From Nemertoderma westbladi (taxonomy: Eukaryota > Animalia > Xenacoelomorpha), in assembly GCA_032718475.1 (NCBI GenBank), contig JAUCBJ010003850.1, forward strand, positions 1 to 35,391: a DNA stretch of 35,391 nt, read 5' to 3'. Positions 13,101-25,100 of this stretch are shown piece by piece; the first letter of the stretch is position 1, and every line of letters begins with the position of its first letter. Made by a program: the position numbers and the translations under genes. Under the pieces are notes generated by a model, which searched no databases, was not told where the DNA came from, and saw only the letters and a list, made by a program, of their open reading frames with translations.

Positions 13101-16100
13101 ACAAAACGTGGGCTGCTATCCACTGCACAAAATAACAAAACGATTCTGAAAATCTATCTCATAGTGTGAGCGTGTAATATCGTCAACATAATTAGTGCGC
13201 ATGGCAGACCCCAAAGGGGAAGTGATGAATTACAATTCAAAGGGTTATAAATACAAGTAAATCTAGTCAGTCAGCCAACCTGCATATAATTGTTTTGATG
13301 TGTTTTTGAACTGTCTGACCGTGCTTGCACACATCATTAGCCACCAAATCCTCTCGCGCCTAACTAATTTCCCATGTAAAATAAGGGATTATTCATCTAT
13401 TATTCTTTCATTCATGGACATCAATTAGAACTACTAGAATCTTCTGTAAGTCTGGACTTAAGGGTGGCTTCCTTACTATACCATGTGCATCCCGTACAAT
13501 ACATACAAACACATTACATAAGTTGTATTAATGGATAAGTAGAGCAGTGAACTACTGACTAGACTATAATAGCTTCACAAATGAGGGCAACTCTTGTTCC
13601 ATAATTTCCTACCTAAACAAATACCATATCTATTTGCAATCCTTAGTTTTTAACTTAGATTATAATAATTATCTTATAAGATTATTTTCCAGCATATGAT
13701 TGTTTTCTTACATTTTCCAATGATTGCGGATGTATCACATTACATGTCTTAGAGATAAAACAAAACATAGCATCCTGCATATTGAGATGCCGGGAATATC
13801 CAAACCATAAAGACTCGACTATTATAGCAGCAAAATAATTAATGTCAATTTAAGTTTATTGTAATTTATGAGAGACTTCCTTCTCCTTATCCTTCTCTAC
13901 TCCTAAAAAATTTGTTACATATTTTTATAATTGACAGGCTCATGTACAGAAAACTACTAAGACTAATGAGGGACGTAGCCAGGAATTTATGTGGGGGTGG
14001 ATGGAGATACCAAAAGTAAAAAAAAAAAAATAATATTAGGGGAGGGGGGGGGGGGGGGTTGTTGGGGGTCTTGGTACAGTAGTACAAGGGCGGAGCTGTT
14101 GGGGGAGGGGGTGGGGGGATAATTTAAGTGATTACTTACAATTGAACACTGTTTTACAACATCACCCTTATTGCAACAAGCTTTTAACAATTGGGGGCAC
14201 TTCCTCCTCCTACATATACCTACTGTACTGTATTTCTTTATTTCAATATTTCAATCAATCCTACAAAATTTAGTATGATCATAAAGAGGTATAGATAAGC
14301 GAGATCCTGATGAGAATGACAACATCTCAGTTTACTTTAGTACTTAGTGGAAGATCTAAATGTGTGGATGCATACCAGTATCCACCCCCCTGCCTACGCC
14401 CCTGAGACTAATACACTCATAAAACAAAGCGTGATAAACTCTCACATTATTTCATCCTACTCATAAAGTTCTACATAATATACTATACAGAATATCAGTT
14501 AACTGGAATACCTAATGCCTAGTATAGTTTCATTAAAAAATAAAATAAATCAACTTGTGGTTTGAAGGACGATGTAGTGGCATTAACAAGCTGTTAACAA
14601 CAATACCATTAGCCTAATGTCGCTTATATCCGCACGCAATAATATACAGTGGTACATAGTGTTCCCTCCCCGCTTACCAATGAAGCCATGCCCCTAGCAA
14701 TTAGAGCTACGGTATTCCAACCCACTCAACCCTACCGTAATTCAATGAATCCCCTGCAACAATAAATAACCCCAACACCCTAAATCGTCACACTTTCGGA
14801 GAGATGTGGGCTTGTACACCTGGGGTATATGCTTTAAGGCAAGCAAATCCAAGCTAATTAACCATATCTAGGATCCACAGAACGGTGACCAATTATAGAA
14901 GGGCCTAATATCTAAGTATGTCTTGAATCTGCTCCTTACTATTGCACCCCTGGCTAATTTGCTGGGGGTAGTTGGACCGGGCTGCTTCGTTACGGAGGTT
15001 TGGCATCCTTCCATTGAGATCCAACCCTGTTAGGCAGCCAAGGAACCCTTTCATCGATTTGATCTTGGTGTTTAAATTCATGTACATATCCCTGAAATAG
15101 AAGATATTCGATCAATTAGATAGCACGATAACAGGTTACTAAAACCCGACCCTACGTAGCATCTTATCAGTCCCGATTGTCACATCATGGTGAGGGGCAT
15201 ATTGGGCAAACTTAAGCTTTTCACGGTAATCGTTATTAATATATTAATACAAACCCAGTGAGCGACTATACTGTACTTACATACCATTAACTCACAAATA
15301 TTCACAACTGTTAGTTAATTGTTTATATTGTTGTGTTGTAAAGCAGCACTTTATGCTGTGCTGATCCGAGTGTTTTGTTAAACCGTATAGAGTGAGTGCA
15401 AATATAATCACAAGAATCATAACACAGTATCGCACTCGTGCAGTAAGCGTATCTAGTGCGAACATTACCATAATATGGTGAAAAATTCCAATGAAACGTT
15501 TTTCCTTAAAAAAGAAAGTGTTAATTTATTAGTGGATTTTCTCAAATAGTAGGAAAAGGTTAGACCTAATTCCATACTATTCCATACACGCAATAAGAAG
15601 TTATATCAAATTATAGTGTGGGCGGATATCGGTACAGTCTGCTAGTTGGTACCAGCTAGTATAGTAGAGTAGTAGATCTACTAGTGTACTAGATATTTAG
15701 AAGAAAAATAATTTTGTTAATATTGCGGCTATAGCCTTAGAGCAATTTCATATTACTTTCATTGTAAATAATTATTTACATACTTGTGTATAAAATAGCA
15801 CTTTACAGTGCGATGATCCGAGTGCTTTGTTACACGAACGAACGTTAGTGAGTGAAAATAAAGCCACGAGCATCAGAACACTGTAAAGTACTTTGCAACA
15901 AGTATGTATGCAGTTTTATTCCAAAATTGTAACATTACGAAATAAGTTATGTCAAAATTTGGAACAATATATATTTATATTCTCAAACTTTGTAAAAAAA
16001 CCTTAATTATGAAGAACAAACTAAAAAGCAACTGAGACCCAAACTTGCATGCAGTCCGCTGATCCCCGCGCCGCGCCTAGAGGTATCGCCAAAATGCCAA

Positions 16101-19100
16101 GCCATGAATAATTTACTTTAATTAATAGATAAATTATTTCCAGTATAACATAAATATCAAGAATGAAAAGTACATAATAAATTTAACGACATTGAAAAAT
16201 TGTATAAATCTATAAACTTACGCTTCAATTCCTCCAATGCTAATTTGTTTATTTAAATCTAAATTCTTTGACAGACTAATTGTTTGATGGGTAAACTTTG
16301 CATCATCAACACTAAGGATATTGAAGAAAGACAAGTCTCTTTCAATGGCAACCGAGTGCCAGCTGTTGTCGTTGAGGGGCGCTAAACTACTAGTGTTCAT
16401 CTGTACAGGTCCTGAACCGGTATCAAAAGTATAAAACAAATATCCATCAACTAGTTCCACACATAGGAAGTCCCCTGAGTGACTGGGGTTGTACAGTATG
16501 ATCCCGTTCCTATGCGTGGTCAGGAACTGGAAGGTAAGCAGCATAGTTGGGTAGGTGGTCAATGGTGGAAGGCTGAGGAAAGAATTTGCTGTTGTGAAGG
16601 TCACAGCTGCACCCAGAATGTTGAGTTCTTTACGGGACAATGTCCGAGTTATTTCGAGGACCTTGAACAGTCGTTGTTGATTAGATTCAATAAGAGCCAA
16701 AATGTCGAAATCATTAAATTCTACATTTCTGATATGACCAACAAAGTTTGGTGGTAAAGTGATGCCGGTTTCGATGTCCCCTGCTATCACCGCCCCCAGT
16801 GAGATCTTATTGATATTCATGAGTGAAACTCTTCCTTCTATTCTGCCTGAAATAATGATGGATAAATTAATGAAATTAGACACCCAAGATCATACAAATT
16901 TATCTCCCAGTAAGTCAAGATAGGAAAGAAATTATTACCTAAAAATAATTTGGTGTTATTTGATAAATGCGCTCATAACCCAGACAATGGTTATGTACTG
17001 AGGGGCATGCAGGGGGAATTCGTAAATTACGATGAAAATTTCCGAGTTCTCGCACTACACAGACTAGGTATATTTCGACCGCGGCTTACACGTCAAGGCT
17101 TATTCAATATGTTTTCATCGCCATACATTATTCAGGCTTAGCGAAAATACAATTTCGTCGTGAAATTAGATCCACTGTACCATGACTAATAACTCTAAGC
17201 CAGGGGCACCATTGTATGCCGTATGAATGTTTAGTTGTTAGTTGGGAATCCTAAGGCGATACAAAGATCAATGTCATCATGAGCTGAACTGAACATATCG
17301 CGATATGATTCATTAATTTAATTCATTTCACTAATAGGATTTTTATTGTGTATTTTATTGTGCATCCATGTCAATGTCATTAACAACCACCTCGTAATCT
17401 CATCTGCCTTGGTAAATAATTTTTAATTGCGATTAACCGTACAATTGTGACCAAGGGGGGGTGGGCAATGACCAAAGTTTCGCCTCCCTTTGCAAATTAG
17501 CACTCCGCCCCCTCAACACCAACAAAAATAATAAAAATTGCAATTCACCATTTTACGTATTAGTTAGTCAAGGCATGGGAGATAAACCATGAAGGTAAAA
17601 AAAACTAAATATAAATAAGGGGGGGGGGGGGGTGGGGGGTATCAAAAAGCTATTGATAAGTCATATTCCCTAGTTGTTCACCCCCTAGTATTCCGGAGTT
17701 GTTCAAGATTATACAAAGTGCATTTTTTGGTTAAATTTTGAAATGAAAAGGGCAAGTAAGTTCAAAAAATATTATTACTTTATTTATATCCTACTAGCAG
17801 GCAATACCCGAGGAGGGTTACCCGGTATTTCCCGCTACCGCGGTATAGGCCTACGTTGGTTAAAGTGCCAAGTGCCCACATGCCAAGTCCCAGCGCAATC
17901 CCTCCACCCATTTTAGAGGAGTTTGAACACAGAGACAGAGAGAGAGAGAGACAGACGGAATTTGATTTTTATAGGTATATATAAGATAATTTAGTCTCGC
18001 TGTATTTTTTTCGCTGGCTACTTATATTTTTCGTCCACTGACACCCATAAAAGTACCAATCACACTGTAGCAGTGTCTATATAAGTATATTTATTGAATT
18101 CAAACCTAAAAGTCAGGTGAAAGATGACAATTTAGAAACTATTGCGAAATATGAAAAGTGCTGGCTACTTATATTTTTCGTCCACAGACACCCATAAAAG
18201 TACCAATCACACTGTAGCAGTGTCTATATAAATAGTTTCATTGAATTCAGTGCATTCGAAAACCCTAAAGTAAGGTGAAAATAAAGAGTTTATACACTAT
18301 TACAAAATATGAAAAGTGATGCCTACTTGTATTTTTCGTCCCCTGACACCCAATTTAGAAAATTTCGGAAAATGCTATCGTCTTTTGTATATAAAAAATG
18401 ATATCAACGCATTCAAAAACCTCAGTGGGAATCAAGATAAAGGCAATGTAGGCCTAATATGTTTCAAAATTTGACATTTTAAGCTACTTGCAAATTTGGT
18501 GCACTTCTGGTAAACAGTAAAATTTTTAATTTTTAATCAAAAATTGCTAATAATTACATCAGCACTCCAAAAACTTCAAAATTCCGTGCTATCTAAGTCC
18601 TTGAAGCAAAGTATAGCTAATACCTGATTTTTTTTAGACGAAAAGTGCTGACATGGGTTCCAAAAGGATCTTATAACTCGAAAACTACTGGTTGTATGAA
18701 ATCTTTGTTTTCGCCATCTGAAAGAGGATAAAATTTGAGGAAAAGTACATTTCGCTGTCCTACGCCCCGTGCTTTTGGTGCTGCAGTGCACCAAAAAAAA
18801 ACTTGTCCCTAGGATAACCCCCCGGCCGAAATAGGGTTAAAACATTAATAAAATGTTGAACTACTTGCATTTATTAGGTGAAAACACTGAATTTAAATGA
18901 ACTTCTAAACATAGAATGCAATGCCATGACATTTATTAATTAAATGGTTTTTACATAATATATTATTACAGATTCATTCCAATTCGCAATATGTATTAGA
19001 AGGAGGCGTTTCAAATTTGCATATCAGATGAGCATGAATAAGTTTATGCTTTACAAATAATATTTATAAAAAGCTGTTGTTATTATGAATCATGGAGCGC

Positions 19101-22100
19101 TGCATCCTCTGGTGATATTCTCGTGTAGAACACATCACTCTTGTCTATAGTTAAAGTGGATGTGGATGTGGAAATAGTTATTAAAATTGTACATATTTAT
19201 AGGAATTGTATTCAAATCTAGATACATACAAGCTTTTTCATCTCAACTCCTCTTACACATTGCGAAAATCAGCCCAGAAGACGTCAAGGGTTACACCTAT
19301 AATACCAGTTCGAACAGAAATGGGTGCTTACTCTTAGACCTAATGGAAGAATGTGAATTGATACCAACAAACATCACATTTGAAAAGAGTAAGGGGAAGC
19401 TATGGACCTTATTAATACCCTAATGGAACCAAAGCACAACTGGATTACATCCTTATAAACAAAAAGTGGAGAAACAGCATGATTCACAGTGAGGCATAGA
19501 GCTCGTTCAAGCTAATTGGTTCGGACCACAGAATTGTGACTGCAGAGATCAGACTCTGTTTGAGAGCCAGCAAACCCAGGACAAGCAAGCAAACCAACTA
19601 TGACTGGGAGAAACTCAGAACTGACAATGCTGTAAAGGATGCTTACACAGTAGAAGTTAAAAAACGCTTGAAATACTTCAGTCAGTGGAAGTAGACCAGC
19701 GACCACTGATTCTAAATACCAGAATATAATAAAAGCCCACAAGGAATCAGCCAATAGGTATATTCTCCAGAAACCCAATTGAAAACAGTATGTACCGTAC
19801 CATGGCAAGACTCGGAGGTTACTTGTACGAGATAAGATCTTTGATAACATACATAATAAAAACTGAATAAACAACAGCCAAATTCATCAACAAGGTTAAG
19901 AAAGCTAAGTAAGATCTTAAAGTGGCCTGCAACATCAGCCATAAGAAGTACATACATGACAAAATGGAAGCAATTACAACTGCTCACATACAGCAACAAT
20001 CAATACTTACTTTGAAAACTGTAAATGAGGTATCTAGACGGACAAGTTGTGCTAAATCCATATATTTAATGTTGTGGATTGACAACCCCTCCCCCTTCCC
20101 CATAGGGCCCAACTTGACCTACCGTCGTTTTATATGTAAATTTACTTTGAATTTTATTTAATTTGGTTATTTTAATGTTTAATATAATCTGCTGAAGACA
20201 CCCAAAACGGCCGAAATGCGCATACAGACATAAACTCTTTTATTAATATACGTGGCAAGACCCTCATCCCAGTTCTTCCCTCCACCACCCTGGAGGCTCA
20301 TCATATAAGTTGTGCTAAGGGGCGCTTAAAAGCTGATAGTCCTGAAGAACGTGTTGGAAAATGGAAATATCACTTCAGCAACTTGTTTGAGAAGCCACCA
20401 AACATCGAGATTAGCCCTATAAGGAAAAACGTTGACAAAACCCTACCCATAGAAACAGAAGATAGAAACCCATAGAAACCGAAAAATTCAGAGTAGCATT
20501 AAGCATGTCCAAATCATAAATCGAGTGGACTAGATGAAATCTCTGCGGTATGGAGAACAGAGTGCTGAACAGATCATCATTGGAGTTTTGCAACTGGATG
20601 CTGAAAGGGGAAAAGCCCACCAATTTGAACTAAAAGTTAACTAAAGCTTCAAAGAAAAGAAACTTTGATATAGTAGGCAACATGACAACATGAGATTGTC
20701 TCATGGTGGTAGCTACCAAAATTTACAACAAAATGATTCTATATAGAATTAGACCTCACATAGAGAAACTACTGCGTAAGAGCCAAATTGATTTCGACTA
20801 AAATAGATTAACAATAACTCAATTTCTAGTGCTATGGAGGCTGGTTGAAGGAAGTAGGTCAAAGAACCTTTCTGAAGTTTTGACATTTGTGGACTTTACG
20901 AAAGCATTAGACTCCATCGATAGTGGGTAAAATTCTAGAAATTCTAAGGCTTATCTTATGCAATACCTGAAGTAAATTTCGCTAGCATTTGATTACTATA
21001 TTGTAAAACAAAGGCTCAGGTACTCTCACCAGATGGTGAAACAGAGTTCTTTTAAATCCTATCTGGAGTACTGCAAGGTGACACCATGCATGGCACCTGT
21101 AATTATACTGGATTATACAATGAGGACGGCACTACAAGAACACCGAAGTAGTAGATATCCGGCAACTACAGTCACAGACACCAACTTTGCTGATGACTTC
21201 GCCATGTTCTCTAACACACTAGCAGATGCACAGCTTCTACTGAATAAAGTGGCGAGGGATGCTAAGTAGGGTGGATTGCATATAAATGCTACCAAGACTG
21301 AATTCATGACCTTTAATGTTGATGGAAACTTGACAACAATTGATAATAATTAACTAAGGAAGGTTGAAGTGTTCTAGTACCTTGGGTGATGGATTGGGAG
21401 TAGCAAGAATGACATAGAAGTTGGAAAGCAATGACATGGGTAGCTCTTTCAAAAGTGGATACCATCTGGAAATCAGACCTCTCCCAACACACGAAAACCA
21501 TGTTCTTTCGAGACACACTGGAAAGTATACTTAAATACGAGTGTGAGACTAATCACTGACAAAGTGGTTGTTAGACAAGACTACTAAGGGCAGCCCTAAA
21601 CTTCACTTTAGAGCTTTATGGTACAATACCACCTGAATAACTCTCCATGAAGGCAGATTACGATTCAGTGGGCACTGATGGAGAAGTACAGGGTCATCTT
21701 GAGGCAAAAGTCAACCAACACAAGATAGGCGTTCCCGTGAGCGACTGGCTGTAACACATATATATATAAACCAACTTGACAGGGATAATGGACTTGAGAG
21801 AAACTAAATTGCGTTAACTTTGGAGAATCATGAAGCCAGGGAAGGATCTCATTCCCACTGTGAGTGATCATTCGACCGAGTTGTAGTACTATTACACCAG
21901 AAATGACATACAGTATTGAGTTGTACTTAAAGTCGTCCCATTCGTGACATCCCAGGTAACATATTAAATGAGTGTGTCCAAATTAATTAAAATATACTTA
22001 AATAAGGAAGATATATATAATAAGGAGACAATAATTGGTGAAATTTAGCAGTTTACAGTGGCAGAATTTTCTAATCAAAACAATAAAGGATAACTCAAGA

Positions 22101-25100
22101 ACACAGGTTGCAGATCATATTCATCACTCATCAACCATTAATAATTTTACTCTTTTGTTTCCAACTGTTGCCACTGCACTGTTCCAACGTTCAAACCAGT
22201 TACTTTCTGAAGGCTACAAGTTGATCAGCCAATTTAATTTTATTTAATTTGATCAGGCAATTTAAGGTTCCACCTTGGTGTAGTGGTCGCATTGAATTCA
22301 CATCTCCCGTAGGTCGTGCGTTCGATCCTCACATGGGCCAGGGCAGTTTTCGTTTCGGCACGATTGCTTTAAAGGGAGTAAAGTTCTGGGGGGACCGCAC
22401 TGGAAATAAGTCGTTAGACTTTGTGCGTAATCCCTGGCCTAGTGGCCGAAGAAAATTTACTTTACTTTTACTTTTTAATTAGCCAGTTAGTAACCTTTAA
22501 TAGTACTGGGGAGCTGTCTGAAAGCACCCAGGCTGTCCTACAACAACAAAAGTGCATTGAAACGCTAGGGAACTTTCACTGCAATGCTGCCGGATGCAAT
22601 TCTGTTAGCACATCACTTTACTGCAATTCTGCACGTATTTAACGTGTTGGGCGTTTGGTAGGTTTCGATCACTGTTTAGTGTGGGTGTTTGTTTGTTATG
22701 TTCATGTAATTAATGTGATAATTTATCCAATCATTAATTTAACACTCCATATACATGGATATGTACGCAATAATAATTAGCTCACGTACATCCTTATTAT
22801 AAAACAGTTCAACCACATATTAAAAGTAATCAAACAGTAATGCTCGCTCATTATCCATCGATTTAGATGGATATTTTAGGTTTAGCATTACTAATGTTAT
22901 CACACTCAGATCAATAGTTCGTATAGAAGAAATTACCTTGCAATATAGCAGTATTTCATGTGTGGACCCTATGTCACAGTAGTGGTCCGTTTGACATATG
23001 AGAGGTGTGACAGGATCCACCGAGGATCCCGGTTTATCTGGTTATCTGACTTACGCGTTCCCCGCCGTATGTGTATGAAAAGAGTTCTAGATTGTTGAGA
23101 GTTATTCCGACTTTGTTGTAAGATAATATATATAAAATGTAGAATTAACAAGTGAAGTATAAGCACGATTGTAGAATATAATTGTACCAGTAAAGCTGAA
23201 TTATGGATGACGGCAGTGAACGGTAATAAGAGTTCCCATTCTACCCTAACTAAAACTGACTGACTAAGTGAATGAAATTGGCACAAGAACCGGTAATATA
23301 TTGCACTGGTTGGCCGCGTTACATTACTCAGCGGATGCCTTCCCCCCATTGGCTAATAACTCACTTCTCACCCTCCCATCTCCCTGGGAGTGCTTCCCCC
23401 CCGCTGCTGTCTCTCTCTCCCTCCTGGAGGTGTAACCTCTGACCTCCTTTGTGTGTGTGTCCTTTGGGGTTTGTCGCCCCATTTTATTGGGGTGACACGA
23501 GGTTGATTGGTGATCAACCTCGTGCTTCCAATATTGCTTAAAACCAAGGTGTGGGCCTGGTTAGCGGAATTGAATACGCTAACACTCCCCCCATGCTATC
23601 TTCCCGGTGAGAAGATAGCATCCACCTCTAGTGTGCTACAATTCCGCTGGATCCCGATCTACTATCGGGTGTGGGGTGGGACTATTTTTCTCGGAGCCGG
23701 CTTTCGGGCCGCTCCCTATGGGTATGATATCGCTACCCTGTTTACCTGGCGTCCCGTGTCGGGCCGATCATGCGCTCCTTTCACACGACTTTTGTTTCCC
23801 CAACACTTTCGCCACTCTAACTCCACTCTATTCTCACCCTGACTCTCCCTACTTCTCCTCACTTCCGCCCTAACTCTCGGACCTCCCTGTCCCTCACTCA
23901 GCTTCTTACTCCTCCCCCCCCCCACACTTGAATTGCATCCGCACCCTCTCCGCACTACAACTCAACCCCTATCTCACCCACTCACTCCCGACGAGTCTCA
24001 CCCCCCTCCTGTGCCGTCGCACTCAAGAAGTGTGATGTCGTCCAATGTCTCGTCCGCAATAGTATTATAGTCTATTGGTCCCCAGTCCCAGTAGCTAATT
24101 GGAAAAAGGTTGTATGACTATAGTACTTACTTTGATTGTATTTACTTGCTAAACTAATAATGATTACTACGTATGTACATACTAATTGCACTTTTCAATT
24201 ATTTAGATTATTTGAATTTGTACTTAGGAGTTCGCACGTCTCGCGTGGTGCCTTCCAGGCATGTTACATCGAAGCCTAGTTCGTTCCACCTGCCTTTGGG
24301 AACCACCTCAACTCTTTCCCTCTATCATCCTCCTCCCTTGGTCGTTTCCCGGCCGCTGCCACTTTCATCGCCCGCGGCACATGCTCCGCCAAGAAATCTC
24401 TGAACTCTCCTCTGTTCTGTGGCATCCACCTGTCCAAATACCTCTGCGTATTTATCACCTCGGCATACGACGCCGCCGTCGCCACTTCTTGGTAGGTAAA
24501 CGGAAGCCTCCGTTTGATAATCTCCATGTAGGCCTCCTGATTGATGTTAAAGAAGCCCCACCGGAACTCCTGGGCCTTCATACGTTGCCGAGTCATGGCC
24601 CCGACGTCGGCCCACTCCTCGAAGATCCTAAACTTCTCTTCGTCGTCCATCCAGTCGCACTGGCGTCCGTAGTGTCCCCGAAAGTTGCACTTCGAACACC
24701 GGTTGTGCAACCGTGGACACGCCCCCATCCTGTGGCTCGACTCGCGGCAGTAGAGACAACTAGTCCCTTTCTGGAACCGGTACAAACAGCTCCTTTTCTG
24801 GTGGGTCTGTCTCCCACAGTAGTCACAGCCGAGCACCAATGTCTCCCGCCCCACATCGTCTTTCGTCCCAAGCGATCTCCGCGGTCTGTGGAGTCGCTGG
24901 TAAGCGAACTTCCGGACGTTAGCGTCCCTGTCTACGTCGATCTCCTCGCCCCTCCCGGGCATCGTCTCCCCGAATACTACCCGTGGTGCTGTCCCCGGTT
25001 GCTCGCCCAACCTGATAGTGCTCCCCGCGAAATCCATCGCCGGCTCCTCATGCACCCAGGCCCGCTTGCCGGGTCTATCCCAGAAGGCCCTCGCCCCACT

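Larger units (their letters stand above)
19180..21800 (+). mobile_element. Decayed non-LTR retrotransposon (RTE-like LINE), APE endonuclease C-term plus RT, many stops and frameshifts
   Basis: Translated remnants: LDYILINKKWRNS and SDHRIVTAEIRL (APE end, about 19440-19555); KIYNKMILYRIRPHIEKLLRKSQ and LTFVDFTKALDSI (about 20720-20920); GVLQGDT (about 21065); TDTNFADDFAMFSNTLADAQLLL (about 21175). Boundaries are approximate. Confidence 0.85.

Noticed and set aside
14300-14335. CTGATGA hammerhead-like box
   Set aside because: No downstream GAAA box or compatible stems.
22266-22340. tRNA gene
   Set aside because: A and B boxes are present but there is no convincing cloverleaf, and it continues into a SINE body and tail.
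22969-23349. Duplicated 116-126 aa hydrophobic ORF (also 28817-29167)
   Set aside because: It lies within the LTRs, so the duplication is explained by the LTR pair; non-ATG start and no domain.
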